From: Eledone cirrhosa
Lineage: Eukaryota
DNA length: 64,000 nt
Direction: 5' to 3'
NCBI GenBank assembly: GCA_964016885.1
Contig: OZ024749.1
Coordinates: forward strand, 2,666,001 to 2,730,000
Shown: positions 1 through 13,689 of the stretch, one piece after another
Layout: each line of letters starts with the position of its first letter
Numbering within the stretch: the stretch's first letter is position 1
Position numbers and translations under genes: made by a program
Notes under the pieces: generated by a model
Seen by the model: only the letters and a program-made list of their open reading frames with translations
Told to the model about the DNA's origin: nothing
The model's database searches: none

Positions 1-104
1 TTGCGACTCTAACGATTCTGCTAATTCAGCGAGTGCTAATATTGACAGAATCAGCAAATATTTTCAGAATGTCTGAACTGTAATCGATTGAATACGTGGC
101 TAAT

Positions 105-298
105 TAATAATTGTTTCTACGTTTTAGCACAAGATCAGCAATTACCCCAGTGTATTACTGGTACTTTATTTTATCGACGACGTAAGGATGAAAGGTAAAT
201 TTAACCTCGGCGGGATTTGAACTCAGAATGCAAAGGGCCGTAACTATGCGTCAAAGCATGGTGTGCGACACTCTACCGATACTGCCAATCCACCGCCA
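105..298 (-). mobile_element. tRNA-derived SINE (Octopus OR/MetaSINE-like family 1)
   Basis: Minus strand reads TGGCAGTATCGG (A box), GAGTTCAAATCC (B box), then the core CCTTTCATCCTTACG..GTCGATAAAATAAAGTACCAG; at least 7 further copies in the window. Confidence 0.85.
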
Positions 299-620
299 CT
301 GGATAATTAATAATGACATCACCACTGCATCACTAGAAATGAAATTGGCAATCCCACGCATATGAACATTTGTAAGGCTTCGAATAGTTTGAGAGACTGA
401 TGGGGAATTTGTAAGCAAACCCACTACGGGTAAAATTTCAATCTTCCACGTTCCCTTTTATATTTCTCTCAGTATATTACAATTGGGTGCCTAAGGATAA
501 GGCCATTCTTGTGGATTTGTGACCGGGCCTTATCTCGGTTTCCGAGATTGTTGGGTGAACTAGAATACAAAGCCCACCGAGGGTAATACAATGAAGTACT
601 AGTCAACAAGTAAAGATGAT

Positions 621-810
621 TTAACTCTTTTGTTACCAATCCGGCCAAAACCGGTTCTGGTTCTATGAAACAAAATAAAATCTCCCATTTTAAAGGTTTC
701 TAATTAACATTTTCCAATTTTATATAAGAATCTTAGTAATGAAATATTTGTTATAATTCCATCAACATTCTTCATTAATTAATTGAAAATGTAGTCATGA
801 AAAGGTCTTT
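621..810. mobile_element. possible degenerate MITE end (TTAA-CTCTTT, piggyBac-like terminus)
   Basis: Begins TTAACTCTTTTGTTACCAATCCGGCCAAAACCG; partner terminal inverted repeat not identified. Confidence 0.3.
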
Positions 811-819
811 CGTGACTAC

Positions 820-876
<57 letters not shown>

Positions 877-1339
877 ACACACATATATTGAAACTAAGGC
901 TTCAGCCGGAATTTCCATTTTAAATAATTTTACGCACACTTTTACAAATGAAAAAAAATTGAGTCTTACTTAAATTAAGTTTCTAGTCTATAGAAGTAAA
1001 TCTAAATGGTAATGAATACATAGCATTAACTCTATAGTTTACGGTTGCAAACACAGGAACATTTCCTTACACTTATCAATATGTTTTCATTTGTTTTAGA
1101 GACTTCAAAGATAAAGGAGGGGAAACTCTCATAATGTCATACTGATAACTTGAGTTTCAAAGATTCTTGGTGTATCTCTACCAAGTCTAATCTCTCAAAC
1201 TATCACTCTTGTTTATATATATATATAAATATATATATATGTTATATATATGTCATATATATATATATAATTTGAAAGCAGAAATTCTTTGCTTAAACAT
1301 TAATTTGTACTAATTGTGTGTGTGTGTTAAGCTGCAAGT

Positions 1340-1612
1340 TAATTGTATCCGTAGGCGGTATGCCGAGTGAGAACTCGATGCTCTTAGGGAGCAGAGTATA
1401 AATAGTATTAATATATAAGGAACAAAGAATCAGTATTGTATCATCTACATATTTTATTACATATTACATATGTTTCACTGAGGAGCTTCCGATTCCAGAG
1501 TCAGGTTCGTTCATTAACAGATCGTTCCTCGAACCTATCGACAGTGAAACATATGTAATAAATGTATATATGATGCAACACTGATTGTTTGTTCTTTGTA
1601 TATTAACACTAT
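1340..1612. mobile_element. Fold-back element family A with hammerhead-like core
   Basis: Inverted arms ~1403-1480 and ~1542-1612; plus strand CTGAGGA(1478)...GAAACATATGTA; homologous to 40790-41045. Confidence 0.75.
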
Positions 1613-1623
1613 ATATATATATA

Positions 1624-1795
1624 GTGTTTGGTACCCTTGAAATATATATAATAGAATAAATATGGTTTTATAAATATAGGTTCCATTTATTTAATATCAT
1701 TGAATATTATACTCCAGAAATCTGTCGAGTGCTTTGAATCAGTTATAAATATTTATATTTGTTGAATAACCAACAAAATGAATATCCATTTTGCT

Positions 1796-1796
<1 letters not shown>
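1624..1796 (+). mobile_element. Family B fragment, 5'-truncated inside hammerhead stem II
   Basis: TTTGGTACCCTTGAAATATATATAATAGAATAAATATGGTTTTATAAATATAG matches 43607-43658; tail matches 53760-53855 and the reverse of 16460-16545. Confidence 0.75.
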
Positions 1797-1833
<37 letters not shown>

Positions 1834-2006
1834 TATATCCAAGGTATATATTAAGTTAGAAACTCGTCGAGCTAATTCAAATGTCGGGTAGACCCGGCTG
1901 CTATTTTTAGTGGCGTGAGTTTGCGAGACACGCTAACTTCTGATACCATGTGCGTTGTATACAAACACACTATCCAGTTTTTTAAGATACTTAGAAGTGA
2001 CCAGGA

Positions 2007-2106
2007 TACCAATAATTCTTCACCCGCTGATGAGCGAGAATATGGTATTCCTTTTCACAATTAATATTGCGAAACAGTATTATCAAAACTGTCCGGGTGA
2101 TTGGTA
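2007..2106 (+). ncRNA. Type I hammerhead ribozyme (canonical)
   Basis: Stem I TCACCCG/CGGGTGA extended by TACCAA/TTGGTA across a bulge; core CTGATGA 2027-2033; stem II GC..AATAT/ATATTGC; GAAA 2071-2074; stem III ACAGT/ACTGT; GUC triplet 2091-2093. Confidence 0.9.
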
Positions 2107-2649
2107 GTTACCGCAATTATGGTTTGTATTTATTTTCTTGATTTATTCTTAAATTAAGTTTGACAAATCATATTTTCTTTAGTTAGTATTCTTTTCCCCT
2201 TAGCGAATCTGGTCCCCTACGATTTGAGCACATGTACGTATGTATATGTCTGTTTTCGTTTTTCTTTTTGTTCAGTTATATATATATGTATATATATAAT
2301 TGTAAACATTCTAGTTCAAATTAACTCTCAATTAATGTGTAGTTCACTGTGAATTATTTAATGAAACTACACTGTTTGTGCATGCACTATTATATCATCA
2401 CATCATCATCACTCGTCGACTACTGTCGAGATGATGGATCTCACTCTCATGCCCCAGAATTCCCTGTCCCCCATCGCTGCCCCCAGGTCCTGTCTACTGA
2501 TTCCCGTATCCCTAGAGATAACGTCAGGGAATGACAGCTTCCTACTCCTACTATTATATACATTGTAGTGACCAGTTTAGCCAGTTTTGCCGAGTGGTAA
2601 GCTGTATACAGTGGTAGCTAAATACAGATACAGTACAGGATTGAGTGAG

Positions 2650-2785
2650 ACTGTGAGAGTATATATATTTATATACACACAGAGTATATAGATATGAGAA
2701 TATATATATTTATATACACACAGAGTATATAGATATGAGAATATATATATTTATATACGTAGAGTATTTAGATATGTAAATATGT
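2650..2785. repeat. ~40-bp tandem repeat (about 3 copies)
   Basis: AGAGTATATAGATATGAGAATATATATATTTATATACACAC repeated. Confidence 0.8.
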
Positions 2786-2844
2786 TATATTTCCTTATTT
2801 CCCTGTTGATTAAATTAATGATGATCAGCCGTAATCGATCTTCG

Positions 2845-3778
2845 AGAACCCCTACCGATGCGCTGAACGAGTGTGACTTTTTAGTCCAGCCAGCGACTTG
2901 AAAACTCTGGTACAAACACTACACTTGTGACAATTATTGACACAGTGCTGGGCCCATGATACCATGTGACGACAAGTGCAGAGAGATCTCCAGATATAAA
3001 GCAATGCCTGTGCCGTGAAGCTTTTATAGTGAGCAAAGGCACTGCACAAAGCCAGTCCCTCTCTCTTAACCAAGATGATATTTACCAAAAAGAAGAACAA
3101 GTCAACATCATTGGATACCATCAGGGTTGCAGGTGTTATATCAGAGTTTTCCTTCTTCTAGAATTCTGCCTTGACAAAGGCTAAGGGGTCATCTCTCCCG
3201 GTGATTTTGGATGGCCATTGACTCTTAAGAGCTCCTTTGCCCTTTGACAGGTTTTGTTTTTAGTCCTGCAGGATGTCCAAAGTCACCCTCCTCACCAAGA
3301 AACCTTGGTGGGGTTGCCAGTTTAGTCGCCAACGACCCGACCAAGGGACAGGTTGTACTGGGATACAAAACCTGTCAAAGGGCAAAGGAGCTCTTAAGAT
3401 TCAATGGCCATCCAAAATCACCGGGAGAGATGACCCCTTAGCATTTGTCAAGGCAGAATTCTAGAGAAGGAAAACTCTTATATATGACCTGCAACTCTGA
3501 TGGTATCCAATGATGTTGACTTGTTCTTCTTTTTGGTAAATATCATCTTGGATGAGAGTGGGACTGGCTTTGTGCAGTGCCTTTGCTCACTATAAAAGCT
3601 TCACGGCACAGGCATTGCTTTATATCTGGAGATCTCTCTGCACTTGTCGTCACATGGTATCATGGGCACAGCACTATGTGTCAATAATTGTCACAAGTGT
3701 AGTGTTTGTACCAGAGTTTTCAAGTCGCTGGCTGGACTAAAAAGTCACACTCGTTCAGCCCATCGGTAAGGGTTCTCC
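2845..3778. mobile_element. Head-to-head inverted dimer of a non-autonomous RTE-like retroelement
   Basis: Arms ~2845-3258 and ~3364-3778 are near-identical reverse complements; 3' end encodes [22 protein letters not shown] (C2H2 motif like RTE ORF C-termini); TCTAG(G)AGAAGGAAAACTCTG motif resembles RTE 5' UTRs; other copies at 34300 and 49718. Confidence 0.8.
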
Positions 3779-3789
3779 TACATATATAT

Positions 3790-4565
3790 ATACACAACCA
3801 CACACATTCGCACACATAACCACACAGTCAAACACAACCACCTACAGTCAAACACATAACCACACACAGTCAAACACAACCACACACAGTCAAACACACA
3901 ACCACATACAGTCAAACACATAACTCCACACAGTCAAACACATAACCACACAGTCAAACACACAACCACACACAGTCAAACACAACCACACAACCACACA
4001 CAGTCAAACACACAACCACATACAGTCAAACACATATCTACCCACAGTCAAACACATAATGACACACAGTCAAACAAACAACCACACACAGTCAAACACA
4101 CAACCACACACAGTCAAACACACAACCACACACAGTCAAACACATAACCACACACAGTCAAACACATAACCACACACAGTCAAACACATAACCACACACA
4201 GTCAAACACACAACCACACACAGTCAAACACAACCACACACAGTCAAACACATAACTACACACAGTCAAACACATAATCACACACAGTCAAACACCCACC
4301 CACATACAGTCAAACACACAACCGCATACAGTCAAACACATAACTACGCACAGTCAAGCACACAACCACACACAGTCAAACACACAACCACACACAGTCA
4401 AACACCCACCCACATACAGTCAAACACACAACCACATAAAGTCAAACACATAACTACACACAGTCAAACCCACAACCACACACAGTCAAACACCCACCCA
4501 CATACAGTCAAACACATAACCACACACAGTCAAACACACAACCACACGCATTCACATACATAACC
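3790..4565. repeat. ~20-22-bp minisatellite (ACACAGTCAAACACAYAACCAC)n
   Basis: Direct inspection. Confidence 0.95.
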
Positions 4566-4679
4566 ACACTCATCCGTAAACACATTGTACTTAAATGCAT
4601 TTACACAAAATATAAATATAAACATTAGCGTTGAAGGATTTGTGTGTATATATATATATTACATGAAAAAGGTGAATGT

Positions 4680-5448
4680 GTATGTGGTATGTATGTGTGT
4701 GTGTGTGTGGGTGTGTGTGTATGTGTGTGTACACACATACGTTGCCTGCATGCAATCGTGACCGACACAGTTCGTGTGTGTATGTGGGTGTATGTATACG
4801 CATCTATGTGTATGTGTGTATGTCTTTGTATACGTGTGTTACTGTGTGCGGGTGTGTCTCCGTGTATGTGTCTATGTGCCTGTATGTATATGTGTATATC
4901 TGTGTCTACATCTATGTGCCTGTACGTATGTGTGTATGAGTATGTGCCTGTGCATATGTGCCTGTATGAGTATGTATGTATGTGTATGTGTATATGTGCG
5001 TGTATATGTATGTATATGTATCTGTATATATGTGTGTATGTATGTGCCTGTGTATATGTCTCTGAATGTGTATGTATGTGCCTGTGTATATGTGTCTGTA
5101 TGTGCATGTATGTGCCTGTATATATGTATCTGTATGTATATGTATATGCCTGTGTATATGTATCTGTATGTGTCTGTATGTGTATGTATATGCCTGTGTA
5201 TATGTATCTGTATGTGTCTGTATGTGTATGTATGTGCCTGTGTATATGTGTCTGTATGTGTATGTATGTGCCTGTGTATATGTATCTGTATATGCCTGTG
5301 TATATGTGTGTGTATGTGTATGTATGTGCCTGTGTATATGTAGCTGTATGTGTGTGTATGTGTATGTATGTGCCTGTGTATATGTAGCTGTATGTGTGTA
5401 TATGTGTATGTATATGCCTGTGTATATGTGTGTGTATATGCCTGTGTA
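4680..5448. repeat. TG/TA-rich minisatellite (unit around TGTGCCTGTGTATA)
   Basis: Direct inspection. Confidence 0.9.
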
Positions 5449-5744
5449 TCACTCTAATGTACGACGATTCTCTTCCAAGAATCTTCCCTGTTGCAGTTTT
5501 CTCTTCTCTCTATCCTACTTTCTTCTCTCTCGCTCTCTCTCTGCCTAAAATCTCTCTCTCCATCATTCTCTATATCGCAGTCTCTACACCTCTCCCTTCC
5601 TTCCTTTCTATCTATCTACTTATCTATCTTTCCGTCCATCCAACCACCCATCCACCCCTCCAACCACCCGGCCCTCTATATAACTCTATCTACCTACCTC
5701 TCTATATCTCCATCTCGAATCTACTACCTACCCCGTTAACTTGG

Positions 5745-5954
5745 CAACTAATTATTAACTAGCTAGCCAATTAACTAGCTTACCAATTAACTAGCTAGCC
5801 AATTAACAAGGTTACCAATTAACTAACTAGCCAATTAACTAGGTTACCAATTAACTAGCTTACCAATTATCTAGCTAGCCAATTAACTAGGTTACCAATT
5901 AACTAGCTAGCCAATTAACTAGGTTACCAATTAACTAGCTAGCCAATTAACTAG
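5745..5954. repeat. 16-bp minisatellite (AATTAACTAGCTAGCC)n
   Basis: About 12 units with variants CTAGCC/GTTACC/CTTACC. Confidence 0.95.
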
Positions 5955-6384
5955 GAAGCTATATTGCTACCTAATTTACAAATCAGTTCTATTTATCCGC
6001 TTCATATCTTTTATGAAATATTGAACATACACACACGCACGAAAATATACACAAACATACACGTATATACAGGTCGTACTCGAAGTACACACACACACAT
6101 TCAAATTTACATAACATTTCACACCTGCCTGCACACCTGTGCATGCACCCAATCAAACATGGACACACATGCCTAAGTTTCTCTACAATTGCGTGCTCAT
6201 TAAAAGATAATATACATTCATATATCAGCATGTTTCATTTAATACAAACGAATATACACACTTCACACATAAAAACATGTTATATACACACTATATATAC
6301 ACACGCACACGTACCTGGTATATATTATAGAAATACTAAACATACGCATAGATGTACTCAAACATAAATAACAAACACTTGCAT

Positions 6385-7800
6385 ATAAAGACACACACAC
6401 ATACATACTATAGATACAACCAGACTACATGCACACACACATACATACTATAGATACAAACATACTACATACACACACATACATACTATAGACACAAACA
6501 TACTACATACACACACACACATACATACTATAGACACAAACACACATACATACTATAAACACAAACATACTACATACACACATACATACAAACTATAGAC
6601 ACAAACATACACACACACACACACACAATACTATAAACACAAACATACTACATACACACACACATACATACTATAGACACAAACATACTACATACACACA
6701 CACATACATACTATAGACACAAACACACATACATACTATAAACACAAACATACTACATACACACATACATACAAACTATAGACACAAACATACACACCCA
6801 CACACACACACACACATAATACTATAAACACAAACACACTACATACACACACACATACTACATACAAACTATAAACACAAACATACTACATACACACACA
6901 CATACATACTATAGACACAAACATGCTACATACACACACACACACACATACATACTATAGACACAAACATACTACATACACACACACACACATACATACT
7001 ATAGACACACACACACATACATACTATAAACACAAACATACTACATACACACATACATACAAACTATAGACACAAACACACACACACATACATACTATAA
7101 ACACAAACATACTACATACACACACACACACATACATACTATAGACACACACACACATACATACAAACTATAGACACAAACACACACACACATACATACT
7201 ATAAACACAAACATACTACATACACACATACATACAAACTATAGACACAAACATACACACCCACACACACACACACACATAATACTATAAACACAAACAC
7301 ACTACATACACACACACATACTACATACAAACTATAAACACAAACATACTACATACACACACACATACATACTATAGACACAAACATGCTACATACACAC
7401 ACACACACACATACATACTATAGACACAAACATACTACATACACACACACACACATACATACTATAGACACACACACACATACATACTATAAACACAAAC
7501 ATACTACATACACACATACATACAAACTATAGACACAAACACACACACACATACATACTATAAACACAAACATACTACATACACACACACACACATACAT
7601 ACTATAGACACACACACACATACATACAAACTATAGACACAAACACACACACACATACATACTATAAACACAAACATACTACATACACACATACATACAA
7701 ACTATAAACACAAACATACTACATACACACACACATACATACTATAGACACAAACTTACTACACACACACACACACATACACACACACACACACATACAT
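6385..7800. repeat. CA-rich minisatellite (ACATACTATAGACACAAACATACT) with higher-order duplication
   Basis: Block ~6730-7200 is repeated at ~7200-7680. Confidence 0.9.
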
Positions 7801-7993
7801 ACAGACTCAAACGCACTACATTCATGGCATATACATAGAGCTGTATGCCGATAGACATATTCACACAAACTAAAACATACATATATATGTTAACCTAATA
7901 TATACCTTCCATATACTGTACCGATTGTGTTGTTTTTTTCTGTTTACCTTTTACACACACACACACACACACACATATACATATAGACCCACC

Positions 7994-8039
<46 letters not shown>

Positions 8040-8158
8040 ATATATATATAGTCTATATACAATTATAAATAAAAGAGGTAATATTTTGTATTACCCAATT
8101 ACCAGTAAGAAAATTAGCTCAATGTAAAATATCAGATGTATTACAGAGCAGAAACACA

Positions 8159-8195
<37 letters not shown>

Positions 8196-8219
8196 TTATA
8201 TATATATATATATATATAT

Positions 8220-8411
8220 AGGAAAAAGTATGACCCTGACGGCAGAGCTCAAGCAGTTTCGACGGCTATTTCTGGACTGAAATAGTCGTCGAAACGGCTT
8301 GAACTCTGCCCTCGGGGTCATACATTTCCTTATTACCCACTCTACTACCCTAAGTATTGAGTACTCTGGAGCGTTATGGTTCATCTGGTTCCTTACCACA
8401 ATTCCTTCGTT
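8220..8411 (+). mobile_element. Family C element with fold-back over a hammerhead 3' half
   Basis: Hairpin 8229-8323; GAAACGGC-loop-GCC(C/G)TC-GGGG; flanked by (TA)n; homologs at 9788, 13860-14075, 46850. Confidence 0.75.
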
Positions 8412-8427
8412 ATATATATATACATAT

Positions 8428-8503
<76 letters not shown>

Positions 8504-8749
8504 GTACACACACACACACACACGTATTGGTAATATACTGTTGGATTAATATTTTAACATTCACTCTCACACACACACACATATATACACACACACACAT
8601 ATATATACACACACACATATACACTTATATGTAATATACGGTTGAATTAGTATTTTAACATTCACACATACTTACACATACACACATACATACAACTAAG
8701 CCAGGACGCTATCACACACGCTATCATTGGTAAACAAATGTTATACATA

Positions 8750-8797
<48 letters not shown>

Positions 8798-9414
8798 TAT
8801 TATGTTTATAAACATGAGCTTTCAGACAGTCACAAATGTACACCTCACATACATACACACACACATATATGTAGACATACATACACACACATACAAACAT
8901 ATACACGCACACATATATGGACAAGTATATATTTTCTTGGGAGAATGCCTGTAAGTAATCAGCTGATATGTTAGAAATAACAGCCAGATCCCTCTTAATC
9001 ACACAATACCGCATGAAAAATACCGCCCTCTTAGATTACAGTAGATAACATGATATGAGAAGATACCAGGAATACAAAGGAAAATCTTTGATCATAGGTC
9101 TCTTCAGGCAAATCTGGCCTAGGGTTAAACAACAACAATCACCAACATATGTAGATTTTTTTTTCATTCAATTTACTGTTTTCAATTATTAAACTGTGGC
9201 CACACTGGAGCACGTCTCGAGTGTTTAGTTCATTATATCAATATCACATTTCAGTCTGATGACTTAATTCATCGATTTACAGTTATCGAACTGATAAGAT
9301 ATGGGATAAAAAGGGACGCAATACAACAACAAAAGAAACCCCAACAATAACAACATAAAAACACCGGGTTTTATTTTATAGAAACCAGTATACGCATAAA
9401 CATGCAGGCACGTA

Positions 9415-9457
<43 letters not shown>

Positions 9458-9459
9458 AG

Positions 9460-9735
9460 AGGGAGATAGGTAGCGGGGGAGATGTAGAGGAGGAGAGAGG
9501 GAGAGGGAGAAAGAGAGAGTGGGGGAGAAAGTGAGAGTAAGGAAGAAAGAGAGAATGTGGGAGAAAAGAGAGAGCGAGGAGAAGAGAGAGAGTGGGGGAG
9601 AAGAGAGAGAGTGGGGGAGAAAAGAGAGAGTGAGGGATAAAAGAGAGGGAGACAGAGAGAGATAGGGAGAAAGAAAGAGAGAGAGAGAGGGAGAAAGAGA
9701 GAGGGAGAAAAGAGAGAGAGAGGGAGAAAAGAGAG
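9460..9735. repeat. GA-rich polypurine tract
   Basis: Direct inspection. Confidence 0.9.
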
Positions 9736-9787
9736 ACTAAACAGATTGGAGTGTATCTGGTGTATATATATATATATATATATATAT

Positions 9788-9911
9788 AACGAAGTAGGTG
9801 TGGTAAGGAACCAGAGTACTCAATACAGAGGGTAGTAGAGTGGGTAATAGGAGAATGTATGACCCCGACGAAACGGCTTGAGCTCTGCCGTCGGGGTCAT
9901 ACTTTCTCTTA
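9788..9911. mobile_element. Family C element, short fold-back
   Basis: GAGAATGTATGACCCCGACG / CGTCGGGGTCATACTTTCTC inverted around GAAACGGCTTGAGCTCTGCCGTC; (TA)n on both sides. Confidence 0.75.
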
Positions 9912-10194
9912 TATATATATAAGCACACATCCACAGACACGTACACACGCATCCACACATACATACACTACTAGCAATGGATTGAAAGCGTACATACACA
10001 TGTGTATATATATACACACACACACACTTATATACACGCATAGTTATATGTATATATATATATATATACACACACATACTTATATACACATATACTTATA
10101 TACACATATATATATATACACACACATACTTATATATACACACACACACACACATACATATATATAGATACACACATACTTATATACATACATA

Positions 10195-10239
<45 letters not shown>

Positions 10240-10265
10240 TCTTATATACACACATACTTATATAT

Positions 10266-10300
<35 letters not shown>

Positions 10301-10341
10301 GACACATATTTACATTCTTATATACACACATACTTATATAT

Positions 10342-10374
<33 letters not shown>

Positions 10375-10488
10375 CACATATTTACAACACACACAGACGT
10401 ACATAGAAACAGTAAGAAACACATGCTACGACAAATATACAAACACATACACTCTCACTTACATACGAATATATATATGTATATATAA

Positions 10489-10535
<47 letters not shown>

Positions 10536-10647
10536 CACACACACACACAGATGGGCGCACACACATACGGCGATACACGCACATTTATGTAGACACACAC
10601 ACAAAATAGACACACACTAAACATAACGCATAGACACACTACACATT

Positions 10648-10960
10648 ACAACTGACACACACACACGTATAGACACACACTGACACACACTGACATACAC
10701 TGACACACACACTGACATACACACTGACACACACACTGACGCACACTGACAGACACACACCCTGACACACACTGACACACACACACGTATAGACAAACGC
10801 TGACACACTGACACACAGACACTGAGACACACACACACACACAGACACACACTGACGCACACTGACACACACACAGACACAGACACTGACACACACACAC
10901 ACACACGTATAGACACACACACACACACTGACACATACATACACTGACACACACACACGT
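10648..10960. repeat. (CTGACACACACA)n-type minisatellite
   Basis: Direct inspection. Confidence 0.9.
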
Positions 10961-11049
10961 AATCCACAAACCTGTGACGCCACTATGTGGTCGCAGGAAT
11001 TGTTAGTAACAGCAGCTATATCTCTTTCATACACTGAATGTCTTCCTTG

Positions 11050-11365
11050 ATACATGTTATAGAGAGAGGGGGAGAGATATATACATACATGTTATAGAGA
11101 GAGGGGGAGAGATATATACATACATGTTATAGAGAGAGGGGGAGAGATATATACATACATGTTATAGAGAGAGGGGGAGAGATATATACATACATGTTAT
11201 AGAGAGAGGGGGATATATATATACATACATGTTATAGAGAGAGGGGTAGAGATATATACATACATGTTATAGAGAGAGGAGGAGATATATATATATGTAC
11301 ATGTTATATAGAGAGGGAGAGATATATACATACATGTTATATAGAGAGGGAGATATATATATATA
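11050..11365. repeat. 35-bp minisatellite (ACATGTTATAGAGAGAGGGGGAGAGATATATACAT)n
   Basis: About 9 units. Confidence 0.9.
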
Positions 11366-11986
11366 CATACATTGATATATATATATACACATACATACAC
11401 ATACATACATACACATACATACATTGATATATACACATACATACATTGATATATATATACACATACATACACATACATATATACACATACATACATTGAT
11501 ATATATACTCATACATACATTGATATATATACACATGCATACACAATATACATAAGCAATACATACACAATACGTACACACAAATATATATATATACATA
11601 GACATATAGACATACACACACACACGCAAATATATATCTAAGTACACATATACATAGATACACATACATACACAATACACACATACATAAATGCATACAC
11701 ATACATATGTGTGTGTGTCGTTATATGTGTGTGTGTGACGCTGTGTGTGTGTGATGCTATATGTGTGTGTAACGCTATATGTGTGTGTGTGTGTGTGTGT
11801 GCGTGTGACGCTATATGTTTGTGTCTGATGCTGTATGTGTGTGTGTGACGCTATATGTTTGTGTGTGTGTATGGCGCTATGTGTGTGTTTGTAACGCTAT
11901 ATGAGTGTGTATGTGTCACTATATATGTGTATGTGTCGTTTTATGTATGTGTGTGTCGCTGTATATATGTGTGTGTGTGAGATGTT

Positions 11987-12035
<49 letters not shown>

Positions 12036-12042
12036 ATGATAC

Positions 12043-12325
12043 GTGGTTCAATCCCGCGCATCACATTATATCCTTGAGCAAGACACTTTATTTCACGTTA
12101 GTCTACTCGGCAATACTGAGTTGTAGCTGTAATTGACAGCATTGTCAGCAATTAGGTCATGCTGAATCTTCCTGAGAACTACCTGACCTACGGCCAGAAA
12201 GGAAAGCTAGGCCACTTGCTGTTACTCCTATAATACACATAACTATAAACGACAGAGTGATAGAGGCAGTAACCAGCCAGTTACCTACTTTATCAGACCT
12301 AGGGCTAAAATACCACGCATTATAA
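12043..12325 (+). mobile_element. Degenerate SINE (family 3)
   Basis: B-box-like GGTTCAATCCC then TCCTTGAGCAAGACACTTTATTTCACGTT; related reverse fragment at ~45565-45645. Confidence 0.5.
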
Positions 12326-12879
12326 ACCACACATAAATTATCACACGCAAACGCACACGCGCAGACACGCACACACACGCAGGCACACACACGCACACGC
12401 AAACACAATATATATAGGGGCATAAGCATTCATATTCACCTATATACTAGCAAATACACATTCATACACATACATACACATACATAAATAATACATATGC
12501 ATTCATACACATGCGTCGCTCTATCTCTCTCTCCCCCTTTCTCTCTTATATATATATATATACATATATACACGAATACATAAAAATACGTACATGCATA
12601 TTCAAAGACAAACGGATATATATATACATATATACGTATATATATATATATATATACATATATGTACATATACATATATACATATATATATATACACACA
12701 CAAATATATATATACATAAATACACACAGTCACACACACATTCATATATAGACATACACACACCTACATATATAAGCCTGCTTGCACTTTTATACATACA
12801 CACACATTTGTGCTGAATGTTTTGGATTTTTCTATAATCGACGAATTATAGTTTGTGTTTGGGGGGGGGGGGGGGGTTG

Positions 12880-13580
12880 TGTGTGTGAGTGAGTGTGTTT
12901 TCATTAGTTAGTGTGTGTGTATTCATTAGTGTGTGTGTGTGTGTGTTTATGTGTGTGTGTGTGTTCGTGAGTGAGTGTGTGTGTGTTCGTGAGTGAGTGT
13001 GTGTGTGAGTGAGTGAGGGTTCGTCAGTGTGTGAGTGTGTGTGTGTTCATGTTTTCATGTGTGAGTGTGTCTATGTATGAGTGTGAGTGTATGTGTGTGT
13101 ATGAGTGTGAGTGTATGCGTATGTGTGTATATGAGTGTGTGTGCTCATGTGTGAGTGTGCAACCATGTGAGTGAGTAAGAGTGTGAGTGTATGTGTGTGT
13201 GTGTGAGTGAATGAGTGTGTGTGTGTGTGTTCGTGAGTGAGTGTGTGTGTGAGTGAGTGAGGGTTCGTCAGTGTGTGAGTGTGTGTGTGTTCATGTTTTC
13301 ATGTGTGAGTGTGTCTATGTATGAGTGTGAGTGTATGTGTGTGTATGAGTGTGAGTGTATGCGTATGTGTGTATATGAATGTGTGTGCTCATGTGTGAGT
13401 GTGCAACCATGTGAGTGTGTAAGAGTGTGAGTGTATGTGTGTGTGTGTGAGTGAATGAGTGTGTGAGTGTATGAGTGTGTGAGTGTATGAGTGTGTGAGT
13501 GTATGCGTGTGTGTATTTGCGTGTGTGTGTGTGTAAGAATGTGTGTGTATGTGCGTGTATGTATGTGTGTGTATGTGCAC
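12880..13580. repeat. TG/TGAG low-complexity array with ~240-bp internal duplication
   Basis: ~12985-13215 repeated at ~13225-13460. Confidence 0.85.
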
Positions 13581-13689
13581 GCGATGTTTAGTCTGTATTA
13601 GTTTGTATATATAGTGTTGTGTAGCATGAACGAGAGCCCTCTGGCGAGGATTGTTGAGTGTTTCAGGGGTTAGCTTCACAAGAAATAGG

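Noticed and set aside
3790-7800. CRISPR-like periodicity in minisatellites
   Set aside because: No unique spacers, no cas genes, eukaryotic context
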